A stretch of DNA of 63,971 nucleotides, filler included, from Reticulomyxa filosa (lineage: Eukaryota > Protista > Foraminifera): assembly GCA_000512085.1 (NCBI GenBank). It is 21 parts of 21 records of this genome, joined end to end, with 100 filler letters (N's around TTAATTAATTAA, not from the genome) between each part and the next. Parts side by side here need not be neighbours in the genome. Positions count along the whole stretch, not along the records: positions 25,232 to 27,256 come from ASPP01005263.1; positions 27,357 to 30,869 come from ASPP01026551.1; positions 30,970 to 32,528 come from ASPP01014827.1; positions 32,629 to 41,047 come from ASPP01011373.1; 17 more parts are not named here. One strand, 5' to 3'. Positions 25,132 through 39,107 of this stretch are shown here, in pieces. The notes below the pieces were generated by a model that ran no database searches, was not told the origin of the DNA, and worked only from the letters and a program-made list of their open reading frames with translations. The position numbers and the translations under genes were made by a program. Each line of letters begins with the position of its first letter. The first letter of the stretch is position 1.

Positions 25132-25611
25132 NNNNNNNNNNNNNNNNNNNNNNNNNNNNNNNNNNNNNNNNNNNNTTAATTAATTAANNNNNNNNNNNNN
25201 NNNNNNNNNNNNNNNNNNNNNNNNNNNNNNNCAAATTAACAAATTTTCAAAGCAACAAAAGCAAAGCTATTAAATTTAAAGAGATAATTAGCGCTCATTT
25301 TTTTTTACAGCAAATTGGTTGAGGATCGTAGCGTTTTCATCGAATATACAAAGAATAAGGTGTTAATTTCCCAGTGTCTTGTAATAAATTAATATAGGGA
25401 GTGTATTTATTCCAGTTATTACAACCAATGGCAACGACAAGCATCAAATGGTGTTTAAGTCAGTATCCAAGCAAATCGAACTAAAAAAGCAAAAATAGAG
25501 TATTTCTAATTTAACACTGAAGGTTTAACTTAAACTGTTAAGATTTATTCCACCTCACAATAGTATAAAAAAACACTACACAATACTATCAGTAAAATTA
25601 AAGATACAAGT

Positions 25612-27256
25612 TTACGACGAAATTGCGTTTTGTTTGGAGTTCAAATATTGTAAGAGACGATCGGAAGCAGTGTCAATAACCTTGTTTGGGAACTTGGAGA
25701 TTTTGGCAATGAAAATGGCATGGGATTGAGTGACATAGCCAGGTTTAATTTTATGTTTGAACGTGAGATTTTGAGTTTTGTTTTGTGTTTCGACGACAGT
25801 GTCTACGTAATAATTGGCCGCAGAGTGTAATTTCTCTGCCAATTCCGCGCATTCAAAAAAATGAGTTGCAAACAAGCAGCGGCATTGTAGATCGTCGTGT
25901 AGATATTTCACCACCGCTAGTGCAATTGCCAGTCCCTCTTGAGGAGACGTGCCTCGTCCAAGTTCATCCATTAGCACTAATGATCTTTTCGTGGCATTGC
26001 TAGCAAATACATATATATATATATATATATGTATATGTATTTGTTAGCATATATACACATACACACACACACAAAACTTGAGAATGTGTGAACATTCGTT
26101 CATTTCTACCATAAATGAACTTTGATCTTTGGCAATTTGGTCTGTGCTCCCAACTCGTGAAAACAGTTGATCGACAATGGCGAATGTCATTTCGGAGGCG
26201 GGCACGAACAGACCAGCCTGTGCCATAATGACCAAGAGCGCGGCAGTGCGAATATACGTGGACTTGCCGGACATGTTTGCACCGGTGATGACAAAAGTCC
26301 GTTTGGAGTTGTCCATGAGACAGTCATTGGGGACAAAGGACGCGAGTGAAAACGAGTTTCCCATTTCCACCATCGGATGTCTTCCGTTGCGAATATGCAG
26401 CACGTTGCACTTGGAATAATCGGTTTCGTCGAGCACGTGAGGGCGAACATAGTGGCGGTCCAGAGACAGTTGAGCATATGAACTGGATAAGTCGAGTTCA
26501 GCAAGCGTGGCACTTATTTCGTGTAAGTCTTCCGCGCACTGTCGCAAGTCCTTTGTCAAGTCTGTGCGTAGTTGATATTCTCTCTTTTTTATTTCCTCAC
26601 TTGCTAGGTTATATCTATAGCCATAGTTTGTAGGTCCGATTAATAATCACATTAGCAAGAATTTCCCTCAATAATAACAAAAAACAAAACTGAATGTAAG
26701 CTCGTTGCAATTCAGGACAAGTAATTCTGAAAAGTGATTTGTTGGAATGCAAGAAAGTAAACCCAAATCGACGACAAAAGGCGTGGATGTCACCGACAAC
26801 GTATCGCTTGAAAGTGTAAATGGGGATGACGAAGCAATAGCCGTACAAGTCGGTGGAGTTGTCCAACTTCAATGGCAATTGAGAATGCAGTTGAGAAGCG
26901 TACTTGGAACGAATGGCATGAACGTATTCCGATTCAATGTAATTGTCAGCTCTGTCATTGACACACTGAATCAGCTTTGGATCGATGTAGTGATGGTCTT
27001 CATTCTCATTCTTATTCTTATTCTTATTCTCATTCTCATTCTCATTCTCATTCTCATTCTCATTCTCATTCTCATTCCTTTCTCATTCTCATCAAGTTGC
27101 TGCGAGACGTGGAAATGACAATGTGAATTGGACAGACACTTTTGCAAACGAACAAAGTGCTGAATGCGCACAGACCAGCGGCAGAGCTCGTTTTTGGAGC
27201 AATGTCGATCGAGCTTGGCCAGCAAAGCAAACACAGCATCGTCGTTATTGTTGTTG
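25612..27256 (-). CDS. MSH1: MutS-family ATPase, MSH1/MutS1-like, C-terminal half
   Basis: GRHPMVE, FVPND, Walker [46 protein letters not shown] and HTH '[13 protein letters not shown]'. Subfamily call rests on the DQSxFMVEM, QCRxLFATHF and SHA motifs. Confidence 0.75.
27001..27077. repeat. (ATTCTC/ATTCTT)n hexamer repeat, (EN/KN)n insertion in MutS
   Basis: About 12 tandem hexamers inside the MutS coding region. Confidence 0.9.
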
Positions 27257-27356
27257 NNNNNNNNNNNNNNNNNNNNNNNNNNNNNNNNNNNNNNNNNNNN
27301 TTAATTAATTAANNNNNNNNNNNNNNNNNNNNNNNNNNNNNNNNNNNNNNNNNNNN

Positions 27357-27640
27357 TAGTCATTCAATGTAATATTCGCTGATGTAGCAATTTGGACATC
27401 GATATTTATAAGTGATGTCAATGGAATGAATGATCAATTGGAATGTATCCATTTGGGCCAATAAATGAAAGATGTTGCTTGCAGCGGATAGACTCAATGT
27501 ATCACATTCAGACATCAAAGTAAAAAGAAACTTCCAAAGATGAAATTAACATTGCAACAATCAAATTCGAAGGAATGTGATCATGTGAAATATCTTGGAT
27601 TGGTCCTTGGTTCCCACATGTTGCAACTTGGATATTTGAT
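27357..27640 (+). mobile_element. Decayed non-LTR retrotransposon reverse transcriptase fragment
   Basis: IFADVAIWTS (degenerate FADD), K.TQCITF and VKYLGLVL, with stops and frameshifts. Confidence 0.75.
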
Positions 27641-27659
27641 ATACAGATCCTACTTTGGA

Positions 27660-28930
27660 AGATTGATTATTCTCACTGTAATTAACGCGTTATTTAATAT
27701 TTACACTTTTACATATACATCTCTTACCTTTTATTTTTCTATCCATGTTCCTTTTCATTTGCTAAATAGCTTTTCTGTATTTATGTATCGTACTATGTCT
27801 TAAACCTAGCCTTGCATTTATTTACATTATCCATATTCTAATTCCGCTTGTCTTGTTGTTATATATGTCCATGCTATGCTGACTCTAGTTGATTCTCAGT
27901 TGTGTTGTATCACATATTCCAATCATTGGTCTGTAACTATATTGTTAATGCATGTACTTTTATCCACATTTATTTGTAGTATTAATTGTACCTGTATTTT
28001 AATCAAATGATATGCATAAATCTGCTTTTTTTGTTTGCTGTTCCATCTATATTTCTTTATTTATTTCATCCAATATCTCTAGCATTCTATTTATCTCCAT
28101 TTTTAATTAGTTCTTTTTAAGTGTTATCGCTATATACAATTCGTATTGTCTTTCCACATTTTCTGTTGGTTCAGTATCTTCGCGAATTACCTGGACCTTG
28201 GTTATGTCATTACTTCTAGTATTGCACAAGTAGCTTCATTCTTTTTTCTCATTTTCTCCTTATTTATCTAATGCATTTGTTGGGTAATGGTACGATGCTA
28301 TGTGTTGTTTGATCAATTCTATCTCCAGAATTCGTTTTGGTCCAAATAGTATTCGTCCTTCCTTTTCTCGTTATATCAATTTCGCTTCTTGGTCCACTTG
28401 TTCTTTCACCTTTTGATTTTTCTCCATTGCTGTGGGATGATTTCCTGCTTCATGTTTCACTACGGCGTCCATTTGTGTCCTACAATTGTATCTATTTCCA
28501 TAATGTATTCTGTGCCATCTCCATTTTTACTGTTTTCTTGAACTTCCTGTCGGTGTTTACCAGTTTTCTTGACAAACATTCTTTCTGACTTATTTTCCCA
28601 TTTATTAGTACTTTTTAGTTCCTCTTGACTTAAAATTAAATATTGCCCAGTGCATTCTACCTTTCCATCTTCTTGTCTTTCGGTCTTTTTTATTGCCTTA
28701 TTCATCCGCTAAAACGCCACTTCTGTCATTAGGAATATTTTCTTTTTCTGTATACGTAAATTTGCTATAATTTGTGGTCTTTTTATTAGCTTGGGCTGTA
28801 ATTGCACTCTTGTCAATTCTCCTTCTTTACATGATCTGATTCTGGAAATTGCGCATATGTCTTTTTCTGATATCGTTACGAACGTACAGTATACGCAATG
28901 TAATTTGCTATCGTCCAGTACCACATAAAA
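27660..28930 (-). mobile_element. Highly decayed coding-like repeat, possibly retroelement RNase H region
   Basis: Purine-rich minus strand with many stops; MWIKVHA followed by a frameshifted NNIVTDQ weakly resembles RNase H WIKAH..GNExAD. Confidence 0.3.
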
Positions 28931-29989
28931 AACATGTTTGTGATATTCTTCTTGCTTTTCAATCTACAAAAATCAAGTCTATTTCCGCGTTTTCCACTTC
29001 TAGGACTGTACTTTCTTCTCCGGCTTTGGTGCGTTTAGATACGCCCAACATTTCCTTCTGTATTTCTCTATCCTTTTGCTTTCCTGTTTTTTTCCTTTCT
29101 TGTTACTCAGATTTTGTTCTTTCATGCTTTCGTTTCCTTTCACATTACTTTCTGCCATCTTTCAAAGTTTGTTCTTTGATTTCCACTTTTCCTCAAATTT
29201 CCAAAATTGTTCACTGCTATACTGATATCACTTCAGTTGTGATTTAGAAAGTTCAATGATGAAATAGATGATCTCGTTGCAAGAAGGTCAAGAAATTGCA
29301 ACCATATCTAAATCAACAACACAGATCAGCGGCATTCTTGATAATCACGACCTATATTCCTGTCTAGTCTGATAGAAGCGATCTTTTGAAAAGATTGTTA
29401 TATATTCATTGAAATTTAGTAAACGCAAAATCATTTGTCGATTGATCACCGACAAAGTTGGATTAAATATTTGTATAACATTCAAAGATCAGATTCTCCT
29501 GATTGTGTTTGGTGTGCTGTACAGTGAATTACGCCGCAAGAATCAATGTCAATGAAACAATTCATTATTGGGGCCTGAGTTTGTGCATGTAGAGAGGGCA
29601 AAAAAGAAGGATGAAGCGGTAGAGTAATCCAACACTTGACTGCAGCCCATCTAAAAATTGCAAAATAATATTGTAAAACTTTTCAGCGCATTGAACATAG
29701 CAGCGGAATCACAATAATTGCTTCACGATCAATCTTTTTCAGATTGCTTTTAAACACTCGATAATTTCTTTTCAGAAAAACAAATACTTTATACATTAGC
29801 ATTTTAAGTACAGTTGTCTTTTTTAAATCACGAAAGGATGTTTCAAACATTTGAAACTTAAAAATAAAATAACCCAATGAAAAGAAAGGTCTTAAATCAA
29901 TCACTTATTTCTTGCAAAAAAATAAAGATTTCTTTGTTGAAAAATGAGGTCATGATTTGAAAAATCATGGTAAGTTATCTACCAAAGAA

Positions 29990-30869
29990 CAAATCCAAAT
30001 TTATTAATCAAGAATTGGAAAATCAATACGGATATGAATATGGACGATGGACAATCATTGGCAAACAATAGAAGACGATCATCTATTGATTTATCAAAAG
30101 ATGACATTCTAAATTAAGTGAGCAAAAGGAACAAAAAGAAGAAAAGAAAAATGAATGAAAAGAATGTTTGGAAACAGAAAATGAAGGTCAGTAAGGACTT
30201 TTTCTGCAATAATTTTCCAACATTAATGATAGGTCATAACGGAAATCACAAACATCGATATTGAAGATATTTGGGAAAAAAAGGAAAGACATTGGCAAAC
30301 TCGGTCAAGCTTGGAAGACTGTATTTGTACATTTTCAAACTCCAACAACAATTGGAGAATCTTGTGAATCATTTTAATGAAATGCAACAAGAAAACGAAC
30401 AAAAAGACAATGAAAAAGAAAATGCTCTATCTACAATTTCGGATATGTAGAAGAGCAGAAGAAAAGAAGAAATAAAAAATTCAGAAATCAACAAAGTTGT
30501 TCTGTTTAAGAATGTGTCCATTCGAGAATCGGGTTTAATATTGATTTAAAGGTTTACCAATGGTGAAGGTAACATTTTTAAATATTATTTTAATGTGGCA
30601 GAATGTGAATACTTTGATATTTCTGCCAATGCAAGAATTGTTTTGGATTGAACCATCGCAAAAGATTGTGCAAATCATGCGTCTAAAGATTGTTTCCACA
30701 AGAAAAAGACAAAGATGCATATTGTACAAAGGTAATCATGCAAGTGATTTAATTGTCCTGTTATTCAAAAGACAACAAATTGGAATCAATCTGTCTCGGC
30801 GCGAAAAACAAATTTTCAAAAGAAGGAAAAAGCGAAACAACCTGAAAAACCAAAGATACGGAAAAAAGG
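29990..30869 (+). mobile_element. Decayed non-LTR retrotransposon ORF1 (gag-like zinc knuckles)
   Basis: Near 30622-30770, frameshifted CKNCFGLNH/IAKDC (CX2CX4HX4C), ANHASKDC and CILYKGNHASD..NCPV give the three-knuckle ORF1 pattern. Confidence 0.7.
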
Positions 30870-30969
30870 NNNNNNNNNNNNNNNNNNNNNNNNNNNNNNN
30901 NNNNNNNNNNNNNTTAATTAATTAANNNNNNNNNNNNNNNNNNNNNNNNNNNNNNNNNNNNNNNNNNNN

Positions 30970-32528
30970 TGCTTCGTCATTCAAGACATTACAAAAAAAA
31001 AAAAAAAAAAAAGTACACAACAAAAGAATATGCAACAAACCATTCTGGCAGTTGATAGTTGTCAGCACGACCAACGTCTCTAGGTCCAAGAGACCTGGAA
31101 CTTCCTGTTTCACTATTGTGTCGACGTCGATAGCTTGTGAACCAACTTTCATTCTGAGCCTCTGCAACTGGGGAATTGGTCCATTCGGGCAATTGATAGT
31201 CTTTCGCTCTTGCATAAACATTAGATCAAAAGAACATTAGCCTTTTTATCATTATGGTTATTTATTATTTAAAACAAAAAAAAAAAACCCTCTCTCTTTC
31301 TCTCTCTCTCTCTATCTTTATTACAACTGAACTTTCCAATTTCTTGAACCGTGGGCTTTTTTTCTGGGGGCATCTCCTTTTTGCGCTTTTGAAAATCGGC
31401 ATCGCCGGAATGAGTGTAGAAAGGCTTATCTTGCAAAAAGTCATAAGAAAGGTTCGGAGTATATTGAATTCCGGTGTAGTCGTCATTCCTGCCAATGTCG
31501 CGGGGACCCAATTTTCGGAATTGCCTTCGTCTTTGACGATCCTTTTCTACTTGCTCCGGAGTGCGTTGCTGTTTGTTGTACGCCCATCCCATGGAGCGCG
31601 ATCTCGGTGCATGGTTAATGCTGTCCCGCAATCCCATCGCATCGGCGCGCTTTTCTCCATCCACTTGCACACGCAAATTGATGATCTCATTCATCACAAA
31701 TTGTCGATGATGAACATCCATTATGCCAAACTGGTTCTGCAAAATAGCCTTTGTCAGCGTTTTCAGCTTTTTCCCGTCCACTTCTTCACTTTCAAATTTA
31801 CTTGCATATCCCACACACGCTTGCTCCCCAATGTCTCCAATCCAAAATGTTACGTCTTTTGTACTCCATGTCTCCACCTTTTTGTGTGTGTATGTGGGGT
31901 ATGTGATATTGTTTAAAAGGCTTACCTAACATATGCATAGACATTATATATACATATATACATATATATTATATAAATAATGTGTTCTGAACCTTCTTTG
32001 TACACAAGTACACGATTTCATCGGTGGCCAATTGTATTTGTATCAGTTGATCTCCTTGTTTCAGTATTTGGCACTTTTCAATCGGTTCAAAGTTGCTTTG
32101 CTGCTCAACCCCCACCGAAAAAAACAAAAGCAGGCATTTACAAAACGACGTATACAAAAACGTATGGTTTTTTTTTTTTAGTGTTGTTGGATACAAAAAT
32201 GCATGTACAACAACAATAATAATAATAAATATGTAATAATAATAATAATAATAATAACAAGAATGATAAAAAGACCTCCTCTTCAGGAAGAACGAGTTCG
32301 TCGCGCAAATTTTGCAAAGTGACAGACGTGGCGACAGTAGAATCTGGCGGAGAGACAGTTTTGAATGGCGTATAGATATATCGATTCTCTGGGAGAGTCT
32401 GTTTGACAAAAGAGGCGGTTCTGCCTTTGCGATGTTTTGGAAGCTTGCGAAGTTTTTCGTTTGCCACTTGTTGCATCTGTTGTTGTTTGTTTTGTCAATT
32501 TGGTGTGTGCATGTGTGTGTGTGTGTGT
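30970..32528 (-). CDS. SAM-domain protein with repeated LGPRD(I/V)GR / YQLPEW motifs; internal fragment
   Basis: VETWSTKDVTFWI...YASKFESEEVDGKKLKTLT...LQNQFGIMDVHHRQFVMNEI is a SAM domain; downstream exons carry the repeats. Confidence 0.8.
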
Positions 32529-33249
32529 NNNNNNNNNNNNNNNNNNNNNNNNNNNNNNNNNNNNNNNNNNNNTTAATTAATTAANNNNNNNNNNNNNNNN
32601 NNNNNNNNNNNNNNNNNNNNNNNNNNNNCAAATGATACGCATTCTCGCAGAATTTTCAAAAATCATTTGAAAGAATGTTGATTTCATCAAACAAAAAAAA
32701 AGTTATTAAAAAATCAATATCAATTTAAAAACTACAATACTTGTAGATATTTAAAAAAAAAAATTAGGTCTAAATGTTGATTTTTCATGGAGAAAATCAA
32801 TTATCATCATATGATATCGTTTATGCGTTCAATTTTCTTTGCAACCTACTGTAGTTGAAAATCTTGAGAAAAACTATCATGTTATTTTTTTTGAAAAGCT
32901 AAAAAAATTGACAAATTTTATTAAACAAGGATTTCCTTGAAGATCAAATGAATTTTGTTGCAAAGAAAAAGTTGTATTAGAATTCAATTGTCATCTGTCT
33001 TTGCATGAAGATATTTCATAAAGAACTAATCGATTGAAATGTGCTAGAATAAAAATGATTATATGAGAATATATTTTTTAAGCATATTTCGATGTAAATA
33101 TTAATAAGAAAATATTCTGCTACCAGTATTTGCAAGATATATCATGAAAAAACAACACACTTTCAACCAAAATCGTCATTATTATTAATTTTTCACCTCT
33201 TGTCTCAAAAAAAAGGATTCCAATGCAGATTTATTTGCAATAAGCTTCA

Positions 33250-33925
33250 GGTGAACTCAAAAGCTTTGGATGATTGCATATACTTTTTGATCAAGGGGCT
33301 ATCAGCCAAATACGTATTGGTATAACGTTCATTATTTGAATTATTGGCATTTGATTGTGCTTCCCATCAGTGATTTGCGAACATATTCATCAAACACTTT
33401 TGGAGATAAGCAATTCAAGATTATCTTTGAACTTGGACAATTTCATTTACATGTTTTTCGGTCCGCACTTTGTCAATCCATTGAAATAACTTTACCAAAT
33501 TACTAAAAAGGTGTTTGACAGTAAATATCATGCAAGGAAATGGCATTGTTGTGAGGCAGTTTGCAAGTACACATTCCCACGCATATGTTTCGGTGACAAG
33601 TGGCTCTTTCGCGTTTGTTGATGTATCAAAAATATCAGATTGAATTGTATATTATAGAAATTCGCAATCAATGATCCGATATCGTGTGAAATTTGAACTG
33701 TTGTAGCAATGTTTGTGAAATGTGCAAGGCGACAGCCTATGTTGTCCAGTCGGCATTGGGATAGTCATACGCAGAAGATGAGCCACTTGGAATTGAGCAT
33801 GTATGGCTACAAGTAACATAAGAAGAAACATGCTCGATATAGATAATTAGAAGTAGAAGAATGAACAAAAGTATAATCCATGATTTGGATGTCGATGAAT
33901 GATTTTGTTGCATTTTGGTCGACAT
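33250..33925 (-). pseudogene. Decayed gene for a putative secreted or membrane-anchored protein
   Basis: MSTKMQQ...WIILLFILLLLIIYIEH (signal/TM) followed by Cys-containing coding-like blocks broken by stops and frameshifts. Confidence 0.3.
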
Positions 33926-35697
33926 ACATAATCGACATAGCGATCAAAGTTTTCGTGATAAATATACTTGACATTAATGTTGATATGACGATCTTTGGAT
34001 TTTTATAATAACTGCGATTTTGTTTAATCATGATCACACTGCCAAACATGCAATATCTATGCTTTTTCAAAAGATTTATTCAATCAACATAGCGATCATT
34101 TTGTTCAATGTTTCAGTATTGCGAATGATTCAGTTGATTTAACTGTCAATTTGTATCATATTTTATTTCATTAAGTGCAATATGTCTTGACATACGCTGT
34201 ATTCATTTATATTACTGTAATTCGCAATCTTATTGCTATGCGAAGCTTCATAAGCTTCTTCTCCAAGTTTGTGTGCAAAAAACAATACAAAGATAACTAC
34301 TGTTACATCAATACATGTACGCATACAAAGACATATACAAAAACGTAGTGATATCAACAAGCAGCCGGTAAAAACGATTAGCGGAACAGTCAATCACCTG
34401 AATGTAGCTATATGAAAAAAGATGAAAGAAGAATATCTACATAAAAAAAAGCACAAAAAAATAGCAACATGAAGACACATAAGAAGGGACACACGAAAAA
34501 GAGTATTATGAAGATCAATATGAAAAGCAGCATGAAAAACTGTAAGAATAGTTACACGAAGAAATGTGATAATAATAGTCACACCAAATGGTATCGTGAA
34601 GCAAATCTATGTTAAAATGATTAAATAATAAAAGCATAAATAAGCTATAAATAACGATCTATTTTTTGTTTCATTCATTACAATGTATTTTTTTTATATT
34701 AATAATATCTCTTTTTTTTATGATAAAAAAATAATATATAGTCTGTCTAGAATGTACAAAAACACTATTCAAAAAAATGACATTGTAGGACTTCATAAAT
34801 TCAGTACAAAATGATTATTCATTTATTTTATTTGTAAATTTTTTTATCATGTATTTGCAGTAACAGCATTACTATCTTTTTTACCTTGAACTAGTTTCTT
34901 GATATTATGACAAATACAATTTTCGATTTGATGAAAAAGATAAAGACAATAAGAAGTTAATAATTAGACAGAACAACTAACAGAGTTTGTAATTATAAAA
35001 AAATTCATTCATAAGAAGTTTCCTTTTTGTTTTGAACTTTTTTTTTTTGCCAGCAATACTTTTTTTAAGTTGTAATTTGAAATTTATGTTTTAATTTGTT
35101 TTGTGTCATTAAAAAATGAATATCTTCACAATTGAAAGGCCAAAAAGAATAAATGAAAACAATCTTTTTGAATGTCTTGGTTCAAATTTTTGCAATGTTT
35201 AGAATTTATATTTAAATACTTTAACTTTAAAAAAGTTTTAAGCGTTTTTTTTTATTGTTTAGTCCATTTTTTTACTCGTCGTTCTCAAATAGAAGAAGTT
35301 ACTATTTTTTTTGGGGAATGTCTATAACCTTAGCGTTAACGGAGTACCATCACATGTAAAGACCATTCCTAAATCGATAAGATCTTGCTGAGAAAGATGT
35401 TTCCTTGTATTTCTTTCTTTTTTTTTGTTTGACTTAACATTTTAATTTTTCAAAATAATATTGTAGTACGTGTAGTACTGATCATTATCAGAAATCCAAG
35501 TGAGCATCAGAACTCCCTTTATTCTGGTTTACCCTCAGTCTTTTGTTCTTCTTATTTTTGCTTGTTTGTTTTAAATCATTATTTTTTCGTTATTTAACAA
35601 ATTTCGTTTTTATTGAAAGTTTGCTCATGAGAGGGCTTGCGAGTGAATTTTTTTTAGATAAAAAATAATAATCATAGCATAGTATCACTAATAAAAA

Positions 35698-37684
35698 ATG
35701 GTAATTCAGTTTGTTTGGTGTCATATATTAAGCATTTTTAGTCTGCAGAATTGGCATCACTGCAATGAAGCAGAGATAGTTGAACTGTTAAAAAAAAAAG
35801 ACGAAGACGACCGTAAGGATTATCTTGCGAAGCGTCCAAAGCTATTGGAAATCTTTCCATTGGAAATAGCGAATCTGATCTATGATCACGAGAACGGAGA
35901 AAAGTACGATAGTATATACCGGAAACATGTGGACCTATCCAAGTTGCGAACATCGTGTCGTGGCAAGCATACGATAGCATTAGTGCCATTTGTGTTGGGA
36001 TACATTGAATTGTTGAGTTTTTTGGCCTTTTTTATATTGCGCTGTGTGGAATTTTTTGACATTGAAATAAACATGAAGAAAGGCTTATCACAAGAAAAAG
36101 AAAAAGAGTTAAGACGAGGAGAAAGCAGATGGTTTACACATCGAACCATGTTATTTTATGTGAGCAGTGTGTGGTTATTGGCATTGACAATACATGTGTG
36201 TGGGATAATTTTTTATTATTGCTATTGCAAATTCGTTCATCAACACAATCTGCAATTATTTTTTTATGTGCTATCAAAGAAATTGTTGCTTAATAGAGAT
36301 GGACGTGATCACAGCAACAATAATTGTAATTATAACAATAGAGATGGCAGTAATCATCGGATCGTGGATGATAATGGAAATAGCAATGACAATCTCCTGT
36401 CGAATAAGATACAACATGGTATTACTTCGTCTTTTCAAGATCGCTCTCAAAGTGTTGATACCAATGCATTTTTGCTCCCATTTTTATCTTTCCAAATGTG
36501 GTGCAATTTGTATCCTTTGGAGTGTCTTCTTCCCGAATGGAGAAATGGCAGGCAACGTCAATCCCTTGTTAATAATCACTATGTCATGGCATTTATTCTC
36601 TCCAAATACGCGTCCATTTGGCTTTGCTATTCAAATGTTGGTTTTTTTTGTGGTATGACGCTTCTGCTCCCACCATCAAATTCTTTGTCCATTTCCATGA
36701 TTTTGTTCACGTCATCGTCATGAATTTTGTCTTTGTTGGTTAAGAACTTGTATACCATTTTTATTTTTTATATAAATATATATATATATATGCATATACA
36801 TATACGTGGTGAAGACATAAACTATTGTTTTGCAATGCACATGAAAAGGATCCATATATTTACTGTTGGTAGCATATGTTGGAATGTCAGAACGTCGTAG
36901 TTTTCGTTATGCTTGGCGTGCAACTATGGCCTGCTGGCTGTCGCTATTTTTTCTTGTTTGTACTCACAACGGCTTTCTGTCCAAACTTTGGTGCGCATTT
37001 TGGATACATTTGGAGTCCATCCTCAACAACTGCTCTGAAATTCTTGGTACTCTTCTTGATACAACTGGCTTTGGATTTGTGTTTTCTTTGATACTTGATT
37101 TTGATATGGGCTTTGGTTTTTGTCGGGAAAATTCGAATTCTGGTATACATCCACCTATTAAGTTAACACATGATGATGGTCGGCATGCCTTAAAAATTAT
37201 CCTTCCAGTATTTTTTGTAATTAGTTTGTATTCTGTAGCCCTTTTTTATGCTAGCTTTGTGTACTTGGAATATCGCCGTCGACGAATTGAGATTGTGTTG
37301 TTTAGCATGGCCGGAGTCTGTATTCCGCTTGGTATTTTAGCGTTGAAGATGGATAAAACTCATTATCAAAATTTGTTTGCAGATCAACTTGGTATTCTTG
37401 GAATTTACTTCTGGAAGTACTTGGTCCCATCTCGATCCATGGGCATTGTCTTGGTTATCATTGTGGTTAGCATCGTTTATGGATTGATTCAATGCATATT
37501 ACATCAGGTCATTATTGGAAGTACTTTCCTTAGATATAAATACCATCGACATTGGGCCTTTGTGTCCACTTATTCATTTCAAGCTCAAATGATTTGTCGC
37601 TGTTTAGAGTTATGGACAGGGCCATTTATATGGCATTTGTACACTGTTGTCAGCCAATATTTTTACCCGGTCAGTCCTCGTTAA
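35698..37684 (+). CDS. Hypothetical multi-pass membrane protein (at least 2 exons)
   Basis: Long ORFs 35698-36723 and 36866-37684 with roughly ten hydrophobic segments, separated by an AT-repeat intron; no family recognised. Confidence 0.65.
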
Positions 37685-39107
37685 CGCAATTGAAGATAAA
37701 AACAAACTGAATATAAAAAAAAACGAAATTGACTAATCCATATCTTTTCGTCCCTCTTTTTTTGGGCATATCATCAAAGACTGTGAGCTGATCTTTGTTG
37801 TAACGTCTCTCACAGAAATTGGGTGAATTGAAGTGACCGTTTCTTGTTTGGACTCGTTATTAAATTATTTTACTCATGTTGTGAGGGCAAGTGTTCATTT
37901 AAACATGAAACAACACTTTAGTTTTGTTCAGGACACAGCATAATGGCAACATAAGTTATTTTTTTGCTAGGCAAGAGCCAAAGCCACAGAAAATACAAAT
38001 ACAGAGAAAAATATTGACTACAAAGGTTGTCCTGTCATCAATATTACAAAATATCTTGTCAGTAAGTATTTTTACAACTGTTTTTATTTATACAAAGACA
38101 ATCAAAAATCAGATTGCACAGACATAGACAATATATTTTTCAACTATATAGATTTCATGTGTTTCCTCGAAAATCAGATTTAAAGCAAAATATCAAAATG
38201 TATTTGTTGTTCGTACTGTGTTGTCAATTTTCAAATTTTTTTTTCTCAAAAGAAAAATATTCTAACTTTGTGACAAAATCAAACTTACATAAAATCAAAG
38301 CATGCGTCATTTGCATATTACTTTGCATCATGTTTTAAGGTTACTTGCATTAATAGTGATATTTAATTTGGTAATTTTTCAAACTTTTTAGTCTGTTTTT
38401 AATACCTTGTGCAAAGCTCTTGTCGAAAGCGAACAAACTACTAAAAAAAATTTTTTACCTGTTGAAAATCTCAGATATTGTGAAATGTCAGATATATATC
38501 AACTATTCAACTTGACAAACGAGCTGCAGTAAACGTTAAGACAGCCAGAATACCGTAATAAGCAAATAATTGATATACTTTGCTACTATAAAAACTTCAA
38601 ATCTTTTATAATTATTATAAGTGTTTTGATTTTTTTAATTTGTTGAAAGAAGTATTGAATATCTACTTCCACTTCGAACGCAAGGACTCGGATTATTCTG
38701 TTTAGCAACGCTAACGTGATCCAAAGTGAACATCAAAATTGTTTTCACAAATGTTGTTGTCAATTGTGTTATTTTGATAAATTTTTGATTATCTTTTCGT
38801 TTTCTTTAGATTACTTTGTTCCTTTTGAGACGAGGTGCTAGTTTTTAACTATGATAAGGTTTTAATTCTCGTTAAAAAAAATACATTCACAAAAAACTAA
38901 ATTATTTTGTGCAAGTAAAGACACATTAAAAAAAAGTTGCGATGTTCCATTGTTGATAAAAAAATTAAAAACGAAGAAAATTATCTTGATGTTGATAACT
39001 GAACAAATCAAATATTTTGAAAAAACGGCAACTTTTATGAAAATGCATTTTAATCAGCCACTAATTAAAAAAAATCCAATCATTTGTAGTGGTCATTACT
39101 AATAACT

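Noticed and set aside
20765-27256. HEI10 plus MutS as a meiotic (ZMM) gene cluster
   Set aside because: They lie on different contigs separated by linkers, and the MutS motifs fit MSH1 better than MSH4/5.
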